DNA of 64,000 bases from an uncultured Spirochaetota bacterium (GTDB lineage Bacteria; Spirochaetota; UBA4802; UBA5550), in NCBI GenBank assembly GCA_963827275.1, contig CAWHAA010000004.1, positions 288,001 to 352,000 on the forward strand. The letters are read 5' to 3'. A program made the translations under genes and the position numbers. Under the pieces are notes generated by a model. It made no database searches. It was not told where the DNA came from and saw nothing but the letters and a program-made list of their open reading frames with translations. Position 1 is the stretch's first letter. Each line of letters opens with the position of its first letter. Positions 30,859 through 49,295 of the stretch are shown here, piece by piece.

Positions 30859-30886
30859 TTGACAAAAAGAGGGTGGTTTCTATGAT
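30859..30886 (+). promoter_or_regulatory. Sigma70 promoter of tRNA-Thr/rpmG operon
   Basis: TTGACA-16 nt-TATGAT with AT-rich upstream region. Confidence 0.8.
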
Positions 30887-30900
30887 TTCCACCTACCTCT

Positions 30901-30973
30901 GCCCACGTAGCTCAGTCGGTAGAGCATTTGCATGGTAAGCAAAAGGTCACCAGTTCAATTCTGGTCGTGGGCT
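30901..30973 (+). tRNA. tRNA-Thr(GGT)
   Basis: GCCCACG/CGTGGGC acceptor stem; anticodon loop ATGGTAA; GTTCAATTC T-loop; CCA not encoded. Confidence 0.95.
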
Positions 30974-31103
30974 CATAGTATGCGATAAAAGACTGAGCTC
31001 ACAGTTCCGTATCCGCAAGGGGTAATTCCAATTTAAATTAAATTGGGCAACTGCAGGTTAACTGCAATTTTTATGTAATAATTTGTCATAATCAGAGGAG
31101 CAT

Positions 31104-31257
31104 ATGCGCGATATCATACTGTTGGCATGCCAGGAATGTAAAAGGCGGAATTATTCTCGTTACCAAGAATAAGAAGAACCAGACCGGCAAGCTCGAGGTG
31201 AAGAAGTTCTGCAAGTTCTGCAACAAGCACACTTCTCACAAGGAAACGAAGGCGTAG
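31104..31257 (+). CDS. rpmG: 50S ribosomal protein L33 (Zn-binding type); apparent +1 frameshift ~31157
   Basis: [18 protein letters not shown] joined to [31 protein letters not shown]. Confidence 0.92.
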
Positions 31258-31264
31258 GTTCATC

Positions 31265-31468
31265 GTGAAAAAAATTCTAGAGGCCATCCGCGGGGCAGTT
31301 ATATATGTCCGTGAGTCAAAAGATGAGCTGAAGAAAGTCACCTGGCCCACGAGGGACGAGGTCACCAGCTTCACTCTCGTTGTCATCGTGACGCTGCTCG
31401 TGATATCGTTTTTTCTCTGGTTTGTCGATCTGGGGCTTATGTCAATTACACAGAAGTTAGTGAAGTAA
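31265..31468 (+). CDS. secE: Preprotein translocase SecE
   Basis: ELKKVTWP plus one TM; position before nusG. Confidence 0.95.
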   Translation: MKKILEAIRGAVIYVRESKDELKKVTWPTRDEVTSFTLVVIVTLLVISFFLWFVDLGLMSITQKLVK

Positions 31469-31471
31469 ACT

Positions 31472-32014
31472 ATGGCAAAAGAGTGGTATGTCGTACATAC
31501 ATATTCGGGCCACGAGAACAAGGTCAAACTTGCTATCGAGAAAGAAGCTGAAAAGCGCGGCCTGCAGGAAAAGCTGATCCAGGTCAAGATTCCGACCGTG
31601 GAGGTTCCTGAAGTCAAGGACGGGAAAAAACGGATCAGGTCGAAGAAGTTTTTCCCCGGCTATGTTCTCGTCGAGATGGAATTTGAGGATGAGACCTGGG
31701 GCCTGGTCAAAGGCATAACGGGCGTGACCAATTTTGTCGGCACGTACGGTTCAAACAAACCGAAGCCGCTGTCACGGGAAGAGGTAAGCTCCCTGTTCGA
31801 CCAGATGGGAGAGCAGAAGATAAAGGAAAAGATCTCGACCGTGGTCGATTTCACCGTTGGGGAGCATATCAAGGTTATCGACGGGCCTTTCAATAATTTC
31901 AGCGGCGTCGTCGAAGAAGTGTATCCTGAAAAAGGAAGGCTCCGGGTCAAGGTCGAGATTTTCGGCCGCGGCACGCCTGTTGAGCTTGACTTTTTACAGG
32001 TGGGGAAAATATAG
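31472..32014 (+). CDS. nusG: Transcription factor NusG
   Basis: WYVVHTYSGHE, FPGYV and KOW/GRGTPVEL. Confidence 0.98.
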   Translation: MAKEWYVVHTYSGHENKVKLAIEKEAEKRGLQEKLIQVKIPTVEVPEVKDGKKRIRSKKFFPGYVLVEMEFEDETWGLVKGITGVTNFVGTYGSNKPKPLSREEVSSLFDQMGEQKIKEKISTVVDFTVGEHIKVIDGPFNNFSGVVEEVYPEKGRLRVKVEIFGRGTPVELDFLQVGKI

Positions 32015-32041
32015 GGTATTTTATAAGCATCGAGGATTATC

Positions 32042-32476
32042 ATGGCAAAGAAAGTTAAAGTTGTTGTAACCGAGATTAAGCTCCAGATACCGGGCGGCCA
32101 GGCGAATCCCGCTCCCCCGGTCGGTCCCGCGCTGGGCCAGCACGGCCTGAACATCATGGATTTCTGCAAGTCCTTCAATGAGAGGACGAAGGACCAGATG
32201 GGAACGATCCTCCCGGTTGTGATCACGGTATATAATGACCGTACCTATACGTTCATCATCAAGACCCCTCCCGCGGCGGTGCTGATCAAGAAGGCGCTGA
32301 AGCTGGAAAAGGGCTCGTCAGAGCCGAACAAGACGCAGGCGGGCACGATCACCAGGAAGCAGCTGGAGGAGATCGCCACGATAAAAATGCCCGACATCAA
32401 CGCTAATGATCTTGACGCGGCGGTGAAGATTATAGCCGGGACTGCCCGGTCGATGGGGGTCGGGGTGATTGACTGA
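32042..32476 (+). CDS. rplK: 50S ribosomal protein L11
   Basis: [12 protein letters not shown] and GTARSMG. Confidence 0.98.
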   Translation: MAKKVKVVVTEIKLQIPGGQANPAPPVGPALGQHGLNIMDFCKSFNERTKDQMGTILPVVITVYNDRTYTFIIKTPPAAVLIKKALKLEKGSSEPNKTQAGTITRKQLEEIATIKMPDINANDLDAAVKIIAGTARSMGVGVID

Positions 32477-32520
32477 CCTGACGGTCCGCTCCGCAGAATA
32501 GAATTCGAGGTACATACGAA

Positions 32521-33204
32521 ATGAAACGTGGAAAAAAAATAGTGGCAGCCAGGGCCAGGATCGACAGGAACAAGCTTTACAATGTCGAAGAGGCCGTTAC
32601 GCTGATGAAGGAATGCAAGTATTCCAAGTTTGATGAAACGGTGGACATCCAGGTGAAGCTGGTCCATAAGAGTTATCAGAACATCCGCGGCAGCGCGAGC
32701 CTTCCCGCCGGCACCGGCAAGACGAAGAAGGTTCTTGTTATCTGCAAGGGCGACAAGCAGAAAGAGGCCCAGGACGCGGGCGCCGACTATGTCGGCGCGG
32801 AAGACATGATCGAGAAGATCAAGACGGGATGGATCGATTTCCAGGCCGTGGTCGCGACACCCGACATGATGAAAGAGGTCGGCAAGCTCGGCCCGATGCT
32901 CGGCAAAAAGGGCCTCATGCCGAAGCCCAAGTCCGGGACCGTCACCGAGGACGTGACGGGCATCATCAAGGAGCTCAAGGGCGGCCGCGTCGAGTACAAA
33001 TCGGACAAGACGGGCGTTATCCACATGGGGATCGGGAAGATCTCCTTTACCGATGACGCCATCATCAGTAATATAAAAGTGTTTTTCAACCAGATATTGA
33101 AGGACAAGCCCTCGGATGCAAAGGGAAATTATATCAAATCGGTGTTCGTCAGCTCATCGATGGGGCCCGGCATTAAACTCAATCATAAGGGGATTGAAAA
33201 GTAA
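32521..33204 (+). CDS. rplA: 50S ribosomal protein L1
   Basis: [18 protein letters not shown] and SSMGPG. Confidence 0.98.
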   Translation: MKRGKKIVAARARIDRNKLYNVEEAVTLMKECKYSKFDETVDIQVKLVHKSYQNIRGSASLPAGTGKTKKVLVICKGDKQKEAQDAGADYVGAEDMIEKIKTGWIDFQAVVATPDMMKEVGKLGPMLGKKGLMPKPKSGTVTEDVTGIIKELKGGRVEYKSDKTGVIHMGIGKISFTDDAIISNIKVFFNQILKDKPSDAKGNYIKSVFVSSSMGPGIKLNHKGIEK

Positions 33205-33722
33205 TGGTTAAGCAATATAAAGTAGATGAAGTGGCGGTCCTGGTCGCCAAGCTCAAGGAAAAAGGCAATCTCATCCTGACGAACTATTCAGGTATCCAGG
33301 TCAAGGACCTGAGCAAGCTCCGGAAGACCCTCCGGAGCAAGGGTGCGGAATACCGCGTGGTGAAAAACACGCTGTTCAAACGCGCGCTCAAAGAGGTCGG
33401 CATCGCGGGTCTTGACGACCATCTGAAAGGCCCGGTCGCTGTCGCGTTCGTGAAAAACGAGATCGGCGAGGTGGCCAAGGCCCTGAAGGATTTCGCGAAA
33501 GACGTGGAAAAATTCAGCTATTCGGCCGGCGTCATGGATAACGTGGTGTACGGTCAGGACCAGATAAAGCGGATAGCCGATCTTCCGTCACGAGAGGTTC
33601 TCCTGGCCCAGGTCATGGGGCTGATCAACGGGCCGGCGCGGGGCATCGCCGTCGGGATGAACCAGATAATGGCCTCGCTCGCCCGCGGCATAAAAGCGGT
33701 CGCCGAGGCGCAGAGCAAGTAG
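33204..33722 (+). CDS. rplJ: 50S ribosomal protein L10
   Basis: VVKNTL and LPSREVL; TAATG overlap with rplA. Confidence 0.97.
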   Translation: MVKQYKVDEVAVLVAKLKEKGNLILTNYSGIQVKDLSKLRKTLRSKGAEYRVVKNTLFKRALKEVGIAGLDDHLKGPVAVAFVKNEIGEVAKALKDFAKDVEKFSYSAGVMDNVVYGQDQIKRIADLPSREVLLAQVMGLINGPARGIAVGMNQIMASLARGIKAVAEAQSK

Positions 33723-33946
33723 CAGCGGATATCGCCGGCCGGCGGGGATCTCCCCCGGGCGGCCCGGCAGAAGACGAATTAATAATAGAAAAGGTCCTGT
33801 TTCCAGTGTATATATAATATGCGGATACAATGCCTTTATAGGTTTCTGCGATGATAATCATTGCCGCCGCGCCGGGAGAACGGCAGGGCGGGACGATTGA
33901 AACGCATTAACTTGAAGAAATTCACTAAGTATAAAGGAGATTTACA

Positions 33947-34318
33947 ATGGCTAACGTACAAGAATTATTGGATGCGATCGGCAGTCTGACCCTCCTGGAA
34001 GCGGCCGAACTCGTAAAGGCGATGGAAGATAAATTCGGCATATCAGCCGCCGCTCCGGTAGCGGTCGCCGCTGCCGCAGGCCCCGCCGCCGAAGCAGCCG
34101 ATGAGCAGGTTGAATTTGACGTCGTTCTCGCAGGTTTCGGCGACAACAAGGTCGCGGTCATCAAGGAAGTCAGGACCATCACCGGCCTCGGGCTTAAAGA
34201 GGCCAAGGAACTCGTCGAGGCTGGCGGCAAAACGGTCAAGGAAAAAGTATCCAAGGAAGAAGCCGAGAAGATCAAGCAGCAACTGGCCGCGGCTGGCGCG
34301 ACAGTTGAGGTTAAATAA
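33947..34318 (+). CDS. rplL: 50S ribosomal protein L7/L12
   Basis: KFGISAAA and [12 protein letters not shown]. Confidence 0.98.
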   Translation: MANVQELLDAIGSLTLLEAAELVKAMEDKFGISAAAPVAVAAAAGPAAEAADEQVEFDVVLAGFGDNKVAVIKEVRTITGLGLKEAKELVEAGGKTVKEKVSKEEAEKIKQQLAAAGATVEVK

Positions 34319-34426
34319 TCTGGCGAGTGATTATCATTTTTTTCCACAAGTAACGGGCAGCAGGTTTGGTTGTTATCAATCAAACCTTTTGCCGTTTACA
34401 AACATCCAGGTAAAGGTTTAACATCC

Positions 34427-37961
<3,535 letters not shown>

Positions 37962-37997
37962 TAGTTATTCGCGATACACTATTTTCGAGGAAACAAC

Positions 37998-42246
<4,249 letters not shown>

Positions 42247-42404
42247 ACCGGTCGCGCCGCGCAGGGGTGCGCGGCGCAGGCAATTAATATCAAATTAATA
42301 ACTTGACAAAAAATCGTCATAATTCACAAATACCATTCAATGGTATCTGATATAACATGGTTGATTATATGCGATATTATCAGTAATCAGGAACAGGAGT
42401 CAGA

Positions 42405-42780
42405 ATGCCAACGATCAACCAGTTAATCCGACAGGGACGGGAACAAAAAAGGAAGAAAACGAAATCCCCGGCCCTGAAAAGCTGCCCGCAGAAACGCGGA
42501 GTCTGCACCAGGGTCATGACCTTTACCCCGAAAAAACCGAACTCCGCCCTGCGGAAAGTCGCGCGGGTGCGCCTCACCAACGGCATTGAGGTGACGGCAT
42601 ATATACCCGGGAGTCGGCCACAATCTCCAGGAGCACAGCGCGGTGCTCATACGGGGCGGCCGGGTCAAGGACCTGCCGGGCGTGCGGTACCACATCATAC
42701 GGGGTACGCTCGACACCCTCGGCGTTGACGACCGGAGAAAGAGCCGCTCGAAATACGGGACAAAGCGGCCCAAGGCGTAA
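42405..42780 (+). CDS. rpsL: 30S ribosomal protein S12; apparent +1 frameshift ~42612
   Basis: [17 protein letters not shown] and [12 protein letters not shown] (second frame). Confidence 0.97.
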
Positions 42781-42794
42781 TCATTCGATAGTGA

Positions 42795-43271
<477 letters not shown>

Positions 43272-43429
43272 GATGATTATCACGCCCCCGCATTCGCGGG
43301 GGCGTGCTGTTTAATAAGACGTTATTCGAAATACCAGGCATGCCTGGTATTTCTTGTTTATTACACGATCGATTTTTCTCTATACGTACATGAGACGGCG
43401 CTCATTTTGCAGAAGTCTGCGGCGGTTTC

Positions 43430-43531
43430 GGCGGCACATATCTCACTCGCTCCGCCTCGTATTTACCTCCGTGTAAGCACTCGGCTGTCGGCGCCTTCCG
43501 TGGCGCCTGCTCGTTGAGATATGGTGCCGCC
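43430..43531. repeat. ~100-bp inverted-repeat element in the rpsG-fusA spacer
   Basis: GGCGGCAC-ATATCTCA ... TGAGATATGGTGCCGCC arms; internal GGCGCC-ttccgt-GGCGCC hairpin. Confidence 0.6.
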
Positions 43532-43572
43532 TAATACACGTTTGTTACGTCAAAAGGTCATTGAAGGTCACT

Positions 43573-45664
43573 ATGCCACGGGAACTGCCCCTAAACAGGA
43601 CGCGCAATATCGGCATCATGGCGCACATCGATGCGGGCAAGACCACGCTCACCGAGCGCATACTCTTTTACACCGGCAAGACCCACAAGATGGGCGAGGT
43701 CCACGAGGGCACCGCGGAGATGGACTGGATGGTGCAGGAAAAGGAGCGGGGCATCACCATCACCGCGGCCGCCACGACCTGCTTCTGGAAGAATACGATA
43801 ATAAACATCATCGATACGCCCGGGCCATGTCGATTTCACCATGGAGGTCGAGCGGAGCCTCAGGGTGCTCGATTCGGCCATCGCGGTGTTCGACGGTGTC
43901 GCCGGTGTCGAGCCGCAGTCGGAAACCGTGTGGCGGCAGGCGGACCACTATCATATCCCGCGCATCTGCTTCGTGAACAAGATGGACCGGGTGGGCGCCG
44001 ATTTCGAGCGGTGCCTCGACGATGATCAGGGAGCAGCTCAACGCGGTGCCGCTGCCGCTCCAGATGCCGCTGGGACTCGAGGACAGCCACCGCGGCGTCG
44101 TTGACTTCGTCGCCATGAAGGCGTACGTGTGGGCGGACGAACTGGGGACGGAGATACGAGAGACCGATATCCCGGAAGAATACAGGGAGAAAGCCCGCAG
44201 CTACCGGGAGGCGCTCCTTGAAACGATAGCCGAGCATGACGATGCACTCATGCACAAATACCTGGAGGGGATCGAACCTGACGAGCAGGAGATAAAGGAC
44301 GGTATCAGGAAGGCAACCGCTACCGCGGCGGTGTTTCCGGTCCTTTGCGGCTCGGCCCTGCGGAACAAGGGCGTCCAGCCCGTCCTCGACGCAATCGTCG
44401 ATTACCTCCCGTCGCCGCGGGACATCAGGCCGGTCGAGGGGCATAATCCGAAAAACCCTGACGAGATACTTCACCGGGAAGCGAACGACAAGGAGCCCTT
44501 CTGCGGCGCTGGTGTTCAAGCTTATGAGCGATCCCTACGTCGGCAAGCTTTCCTACCTGCGCGTCTATTCCGGCCACATGAAGACCGGCGACCAGGTGTA
44601 CAACGTCACCACCGGCAAGAAGGAGCGTGTCCAGCGCTTCCTCCGCATGCACGCAAACGACCGCTATGACATCAAGGAGGTGTACACCGGGGACATCATC
44701 GCCGTCGTGGGCCTGCGAAGCGCGCGCACCGGCGACACCCTCGCCGACGAAACGCAGCCGATCCTGCTGGAAAAGATGGAGTTCCCGGACCCGGTCATTT
44801 CGGTGGCGATAGAGCCGAAGACGAAGGCTGACCAGGAGAAGCTCGACGCGGCCCTGCAGCGCCTGGTCGATGAGGACCCAACGTTCCACGTGCATGCTGA
44901 CTCGGAGTCGGGCCAGACGCTCATCTCGGGGATGGGGGAGCTCCACCTCGAAATCATCGTCGACCGTCTCACGCGTGAATTCAACATCCACGCCAATGTC
45001 GGGAAGCCGCAGGTTACCTACAAGGAGACCATCACGAAGCCCGTCGATTCTGAATTCCGTTACGAAAAGCAGATCGGCGGCAAGGACCAGTCGGGCCACG
45101 TGGTCATTCGCATGGAGCCGGGCGGTCCCGGTACGGGCTTCATGTTCAAAAACGCGCTCAAGGGCGCGGAGATCCCGACGAATTTCTAAAGGACATCGAG
45201 GCGGGCCTGTCTGACGCAATGCAGGTCGGGCGTTATAGCCGGGTACCGCATGGACGGATATCACGGTCACCCTGACCGGCGGATCATATGATGAGGCGAC
45301 CTCGATCGGCATGGGGTACAGGATCGCCGCAGGCACGGCCCTCAGGGAGGGAGCGCGGAAGGCATCGCCGACCCTCATGGAGCCTGTCATGAAACTTGAG
45401 GTCGTATGTCCCGACGAGTACATGGGGGATGTGATCAACGATATCAATTCCCGCCGCGGCAGGATCGAAAATATCAATATTCGCGGCATGATGAAGGTCA
45501 TCGACGCCTTCGTGCCGCTTTCCGAGGTCTTCGGGTACTCGACGAGCGTGCGCTCCATGAGCCAGGGAAGGGCGACGCATACCCTCCAGATATCCCATTA
45601 CGAGGTGGTGCCGAAAGATATCACCGACCGGATTGTCGGGAGAATGACGGGAGCTTTCTATTGA
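43573..45664 (+). CDS. fusA: Elongation factor G (str-operon copy, divergent domain IV); ~6 apparent frameshifts
   Basis: [31 protein letters not shown] and MEPVMKLEV. Confidence 0.95.
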
Positions 45665-45731
45665 TTTTTTTGGTAAGAGGGCAATTTTTTTAAATTAATA
45701 TCCAATTTTGAATAATTTTTTCATTAATTTG

Positions 45732-45759
45732 TTGACAGAATAAGCACATTTTTTTTAAT
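45732..45759 (+). promoter_or_regulatory. Putative tuf/S10 promoter
   Basis: TTGACA-16 nt-TTTAAT in a 350-bp AT-rich spacer. Confidence 0.45.
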
Positions 45760-46014
45760 TCAAAAACCCGCAATTTATATGGGCAAAATTTACTGGCACG
45801 CCGAAAAGTTGCTTTTTTCGTTCAATTTTCAAATAGAAAAAAGCTTTTTTTTCCTTTTATAAGTGCCACTAGGGAAACATCCTAAACAGGTATTATCAAG
45901 AGTTTCCTTAATAATATTTATAATTTATATATAAATATTTACTGTCACTATTTACCTGAATTGGTGATCAGTAAGATAAAACATGAAGGAATAATAATTA
46001 AGGAGTGAAATCCA

Positions 46015-47229
46015 ATGGGTAAAGAAAAATTTCAACGGACAAAACCGCACGTAAATGTTGGCACGATTGGTCACATTGATCATGGCAAGACTACGTTGAC
46101 ATCAGCAATCACGAAATGCTTCTTCCTGAAATATGGGCTGGGCAAGCCTGTTGAATTTGACCAGATCGATAATGCTCCGGAGGAAAAGGCCCGGGGTATA
46201 ACGATTGCCACTTCGCACCAGGAATACGAGACACCGAAGCGTCACTATGCGCACGTCGACTGCCCGGGTCACGCTGACTATATAAAGAACATGATCACCG
46301 GCGCCGCCCAGATGGACGCCGCCATCCTCGTCGTGGCCGCCGGCGACGGCGCCATGCCGCAGACCAAGGAGCACGTCCTCCTCGCGCACCAGGTCAACGT
46401 TCCGAACATGATCGTTTTCCTTAATAAAGTTGATATGATAGACAAGTCCGAACGCGACGAGATGATCGAGCTTGTTGAAATGGAGATCAGGGAGCTGCTT
46501 TCCAAGTATGAATTCCCCGGCGACGAGGTTCCCATTATCCCCGGCTCGGCCCTCAAGGCCCTCGAAGAAGCCGAGGCAAAAAAGACAGACGGCGAATGGT
46601 TTAACAGCGTTATCAAGCTCGGCGAAGCCATGGATGCCTATATCCCCGAGCCGAAGCGCGCGACGGATAAACCCTTCCTTATGCCGATAGAAGACGTTTT
46701 CTCCATCACCGGCCGCGGCACCGTTGTGACCGGCAGGATCGAGCGGGGTATTGTCAAGACCGGCGAAGAAGTCGAGATCATCGGCATCACTGAAACCAAG
46801 AAAACGGTATGTACCGGTGTCGAAATGTTCCGGAAGATCCTGGACGAAGGTCAGGCCGGTGACAACGTCGGCTGCCTCCTCCGCGGTACCGGGAAAGACG
46901 AGGTCATGAGGGGCCAGGTTCTCGCGAAACCGGGTTCAATAACGCCGCATAAAAAATTTCTTGGTAAAGTTTACATTCTGAAGAAAGAAGAAGGCGGACG
47001 TCATACCCCGTTCTTTGGAAACTACCGGCCGCAGTTCTATTTCAGGACAACAGACGTGACCGGTATAGTCACGCTCCCTGCCGGAGTCGAGATGGTCATG
47101 CCCGGAGACGACATTGACATGACCGTCGAGCTTATCACCCCGATCGCCATGGAAGAAGAACTCAGGTTCGCCATCCGTGAAGGCGGGAAAACGGTGGGCG
47201 CCGGGGTCGTTACCAAGGTCATTGAGTAA
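46015..47229 (+). CDS. tuf: Elongation factor Tu
   Basis: [21 protein letters not shown] and YRPQFYFRT. Confidence 0.99.
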   Translation: MGKEKFQRTKPHVNVGTIGHIDHGKTTLTSAITKCFFLKYGLGKPVEFDQIDNAPEEKARGITIATSHQEYETPKRHYAHVDCPGHADYIKNMITGAAQMDAAILVVAAGDGAMPQTKEHVLLAHQVNVPNMIVFLNKVDMIDKSERDEMIELVEMEIRELLSKYEFPGDEVPIIPGSALKALEEAEAKKTDGEWFNSVIKLGEAMDAYIPEPKRATDKPFLMPIEDVFSITGRGTVVTGRIERGIVKTGEEVEIIGITETKKTVCTGVEMFRKILDEGQAGDNVGCLLRGTGKDEVMRGQVLAKPGSITPHKKFLGKVYILKKEEGGRHTPFFGNYRPQFYFRTTDVTGIVTLPAGVEMVMPGDDIDMTVELITPIAMEEELRFAIREGGKTVGAGVVTKVIE

Positions 47230-47266
47230 CGATCTCTCCAGCGTGAATTGAACAGTGCAATCAAAG

Positions 47267-47303
47267 GTCAGACCATCATACTGATGGTCTGACTTATGTA
47301 TTT
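47267..47303 (+). terminator. Hairpin/partial terminator between tuf and rpsJ
   Basis: GTCAGACCATCA-tac-TGATGGTCTGAC then a T-rich tract. Confidence 0.6.
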
Positions 47304-47334
47304 TAATGATAAAATAATCTATCAGGTATAAAAA

Positions 47335-47652
47335 GTGGCAAAGCCTACAGGACAACGTATAAGGGTAAAGCTAAGATCGTTCGACGCGAAGTTGTTGGAC
47401 CAGTCAGCCGAAAAGATCGTCGCGACCACGAACAGAAGCGGCGCGAAAGTCGCGGGTCCAATACCGCTGCCGACAAAGATCGAGAAGTTCTGCGTTCTCA
47501 GATCACCTCATGTCAACAAAAAGTCCCGTGAGCAGTTTGAGATACGGACACACAAGCGTTTGATCGACATTATTGATCCGAATTCAGATACGGTTGAAGC
47601 ATTGATGAAGCTTGAGCTTCCGGCCGGCGTTTCGGTTGATATCAAGTCCTGA
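47335..47652 (+). CDS. rpsJ: 30S ribosomal protein S10
   Basis: GPIPLPT and [13 protein letters not shown]. Confidence 0.98.
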   Translation: MAKPTGQRIRVKLRSFDAKLLDQSAEKIVATTNRSGAKVAGPIPLPTKIEKFCVLRSPHVNKKSREQFEIRTHKRLIDIIDPNSDTVEALMKLELPAGVSVDIKS

Positions 47653-47713
47653 TCTTGCATGTTCTCAATCTTAGTATCCTTGTCAGCTATCATTTAATGG
47701 ATGGAAACGGGTG

Positions 47714-48331
47714 ATGAAAAAGGCGCTTATAGGCAGAAAAATCGGGATGACCCAGTTTATACAGGAGGACGGCACGACGCTGCCCGTAACCGTCTGTGAA
47801 CTTGGCCCCTGCGTCGTAGTGCAGAAAAAGAACGTCGAGAAGGACGGATACGCTGCGCTTAAACTGGGCTTCATTGATGTTAAAGAGGGCCGCCTCACCA
47901 AGCCCATCCTCTCTGATCTTAAAAAGAAGGGGATCAGGCCTCTCCGGGTGTTCGGCGAAGTAAACGTTTTTGACGATACGCTTGATGTCGGGAGCGAGAT
48001 TAAATGCTCCATCTTCGCGGAAAACACCATGGTGAACGTCACCGGCATATCGAAAGGAAAGGGCTTCGCGGGCGTTGTCAAGCGGTATGGCTTCGGCGGC
48101 GGACGTGAAACGCACGGTTCGACCTTCCACCGTGCGCCCGGTTCGATCGGCGCATGCGCGTTTCCGAGTGAAGTATGGAAGGGCCAGCGGATGCCGGGCA
48201 GGATGGGTTTCCGGACCGTCACCACGAAAAATCTTAAGATTGTCAAGGTGTTCGAAGATAACAATATAGTGCTCATATCCGGTGCCGTACCGGGCAGGAA
48301 AAATACACTGATTACTGTTTACGAAAGATAG
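47714..48331 (+). CDS. rplC: 50S ribosomal protein L3
   Basis: KIGMTQ, SKGKGFAG and HRAPGSIG. Confidence 0.98.
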   Translation: MKKALIGRKIGMTQFIQEDGTTLPVTVCELGPCVVVQKKNVEKDGYAALKLGFIDVKEGRLTKPILSDLKKKGIRPLRVFGEVNVFDDTLDVGSEIKCSIFAENTMVNVTGISKGKGFAGVVKRYGFGGGRETHGSTFHRAPGSIGACAFPSEVWKGQRMPGRMGFRTVTTKNLKIVKVFEDNNIVLISGAVPGRKNTLITVYER

Positions 48332-48342
48332 GTAGGCGGGCG

Positions 48343-48969
48343 ATGAAAGTTGATAAATATTCGATAGACGGTAAGGTCGTGGGGTCAGTAGAGCTGTCCG
48401 ACACTGTTTTCGGGGCAGAGGTGAATGATAAGCTGATCTACGAATTGATAAAGGCCGCAAATGCGAACCAGCGCCAGGGCACGCACAAGACCAAGGAGCG
48501 CGGGGAAGTGAGCGGCGGCGGTATCAAGCCATGGAAACAGAAAGGAACCGGCCGCGCCCGCGCGGGATCGAGTCGCTCCCCGATATGGAAAGGCGGCGGC
48601 ACCGTGTTCGGTCCCCGTCCGCGGAGCTACCGGATCGACCTCCCGCGTTCGCTCAAGCGGTCGGCATACCGGGCGCTCCTCTCTCTCAAGGCGAAGCAGG
48701 GAAGCATAAAGGTGCTCGAGGACTTCAGCTCGAAGGGAAAGACCAAGGAGGTCGCGGGTATCGGCAAGGCGCTTTCCGTGTCGAAGGGCGTCCTGATTGC
48801 CGGCGGCGATGATCTTCTCCTGAAGCGCGCGGTCAAGAACATACCCTGGCTCCTGTACAACAACGTGAACAGGATATCGAGCAGGGACATTTTCAGCTCG
48901 AAGGCGCTTATCATAACCGAGAGCGCTGTCAAGCTCCTGAATGAACGATATGCGGAAGGCGGCAAGTGA
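48343..48969 (+). CDS. rplD: 50S ribosomal protein L4
   Basis: KPWKQKGTGRAR and GGGTVFGP. Confidence 0.98.
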   Translation: MKVDKYSIDGKVVGSVELSDTVFGAEVNDKLIYELIKAANANQRQGTHKTKERGEVSGGGIKPWKQKGTGRARAGSSRSPIWKGGGTVFGPRPRSYRIDLPRSLKRSAYRALLSLKAKQGSIKVLEDFSSKGKTKEVAGIGKALSVSKGVLIAGGDDLLLKRAVKNIPWLLYNNVNRISSRDIFSSKALIITESAVKLLNERYAEGGK

Positions 48970-49253
48970 TGAATTCGAACGATATCATTTTAAAACCGGT
49001 GATTTCAGAGAAGACCACCGAGTTAATGGGAATAAACAAGTACGTGTTCCGGGTTTCAATGAAGGCCAACAAGCTCATGGTTTCGCGCGCGGTGAAGGAG
49101 CTGTTCGGCGTTGAACCGGAGAAGGTGAATGTTCTCACGGTGCGGGGCAAGGACCGCAGGCTCAGGTTCCGGACGGGAAAGCGGAGCGCGTGGAAGAAGG
49201 CCATCGTAACGCTCAAGCCCGGCCAGAAGATCGAGCTCTTTGAAGCGCAATAA
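48969..49253 (+). CDS. rplW: 50S ribosomal protein L23
   Basis: PVISEK and WKKAIVTL. Confidence 0.97.
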   Translation: MNSNDIILKPVISEKTTELMGINKYVFRVSMKANKLMVSRAVKELFGVEPEKVNVLTVRGKDRRLRFRTGKRSAWKKAIVTLKPGQKIELFEAQ

Positions 49254-49295
49254 CCGGCAGCGGGAAGCGGATTTTCCAGTTTAAAGGTAACGATT

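Noticed and set aside
20642..30973. Region between tRNA-Arg and tRNA-Thr as an integrated island
   Set aside because: No integrase, no duplicated tRNA 3' end seen, and the contents are housekeeping genes
42303..42340. TTGACA upstream of rpsL as a defined promoter
   Set aside because: A promoter here is plausible, but there is no convincing -10 at 16-18 nt spacing, so it is not called
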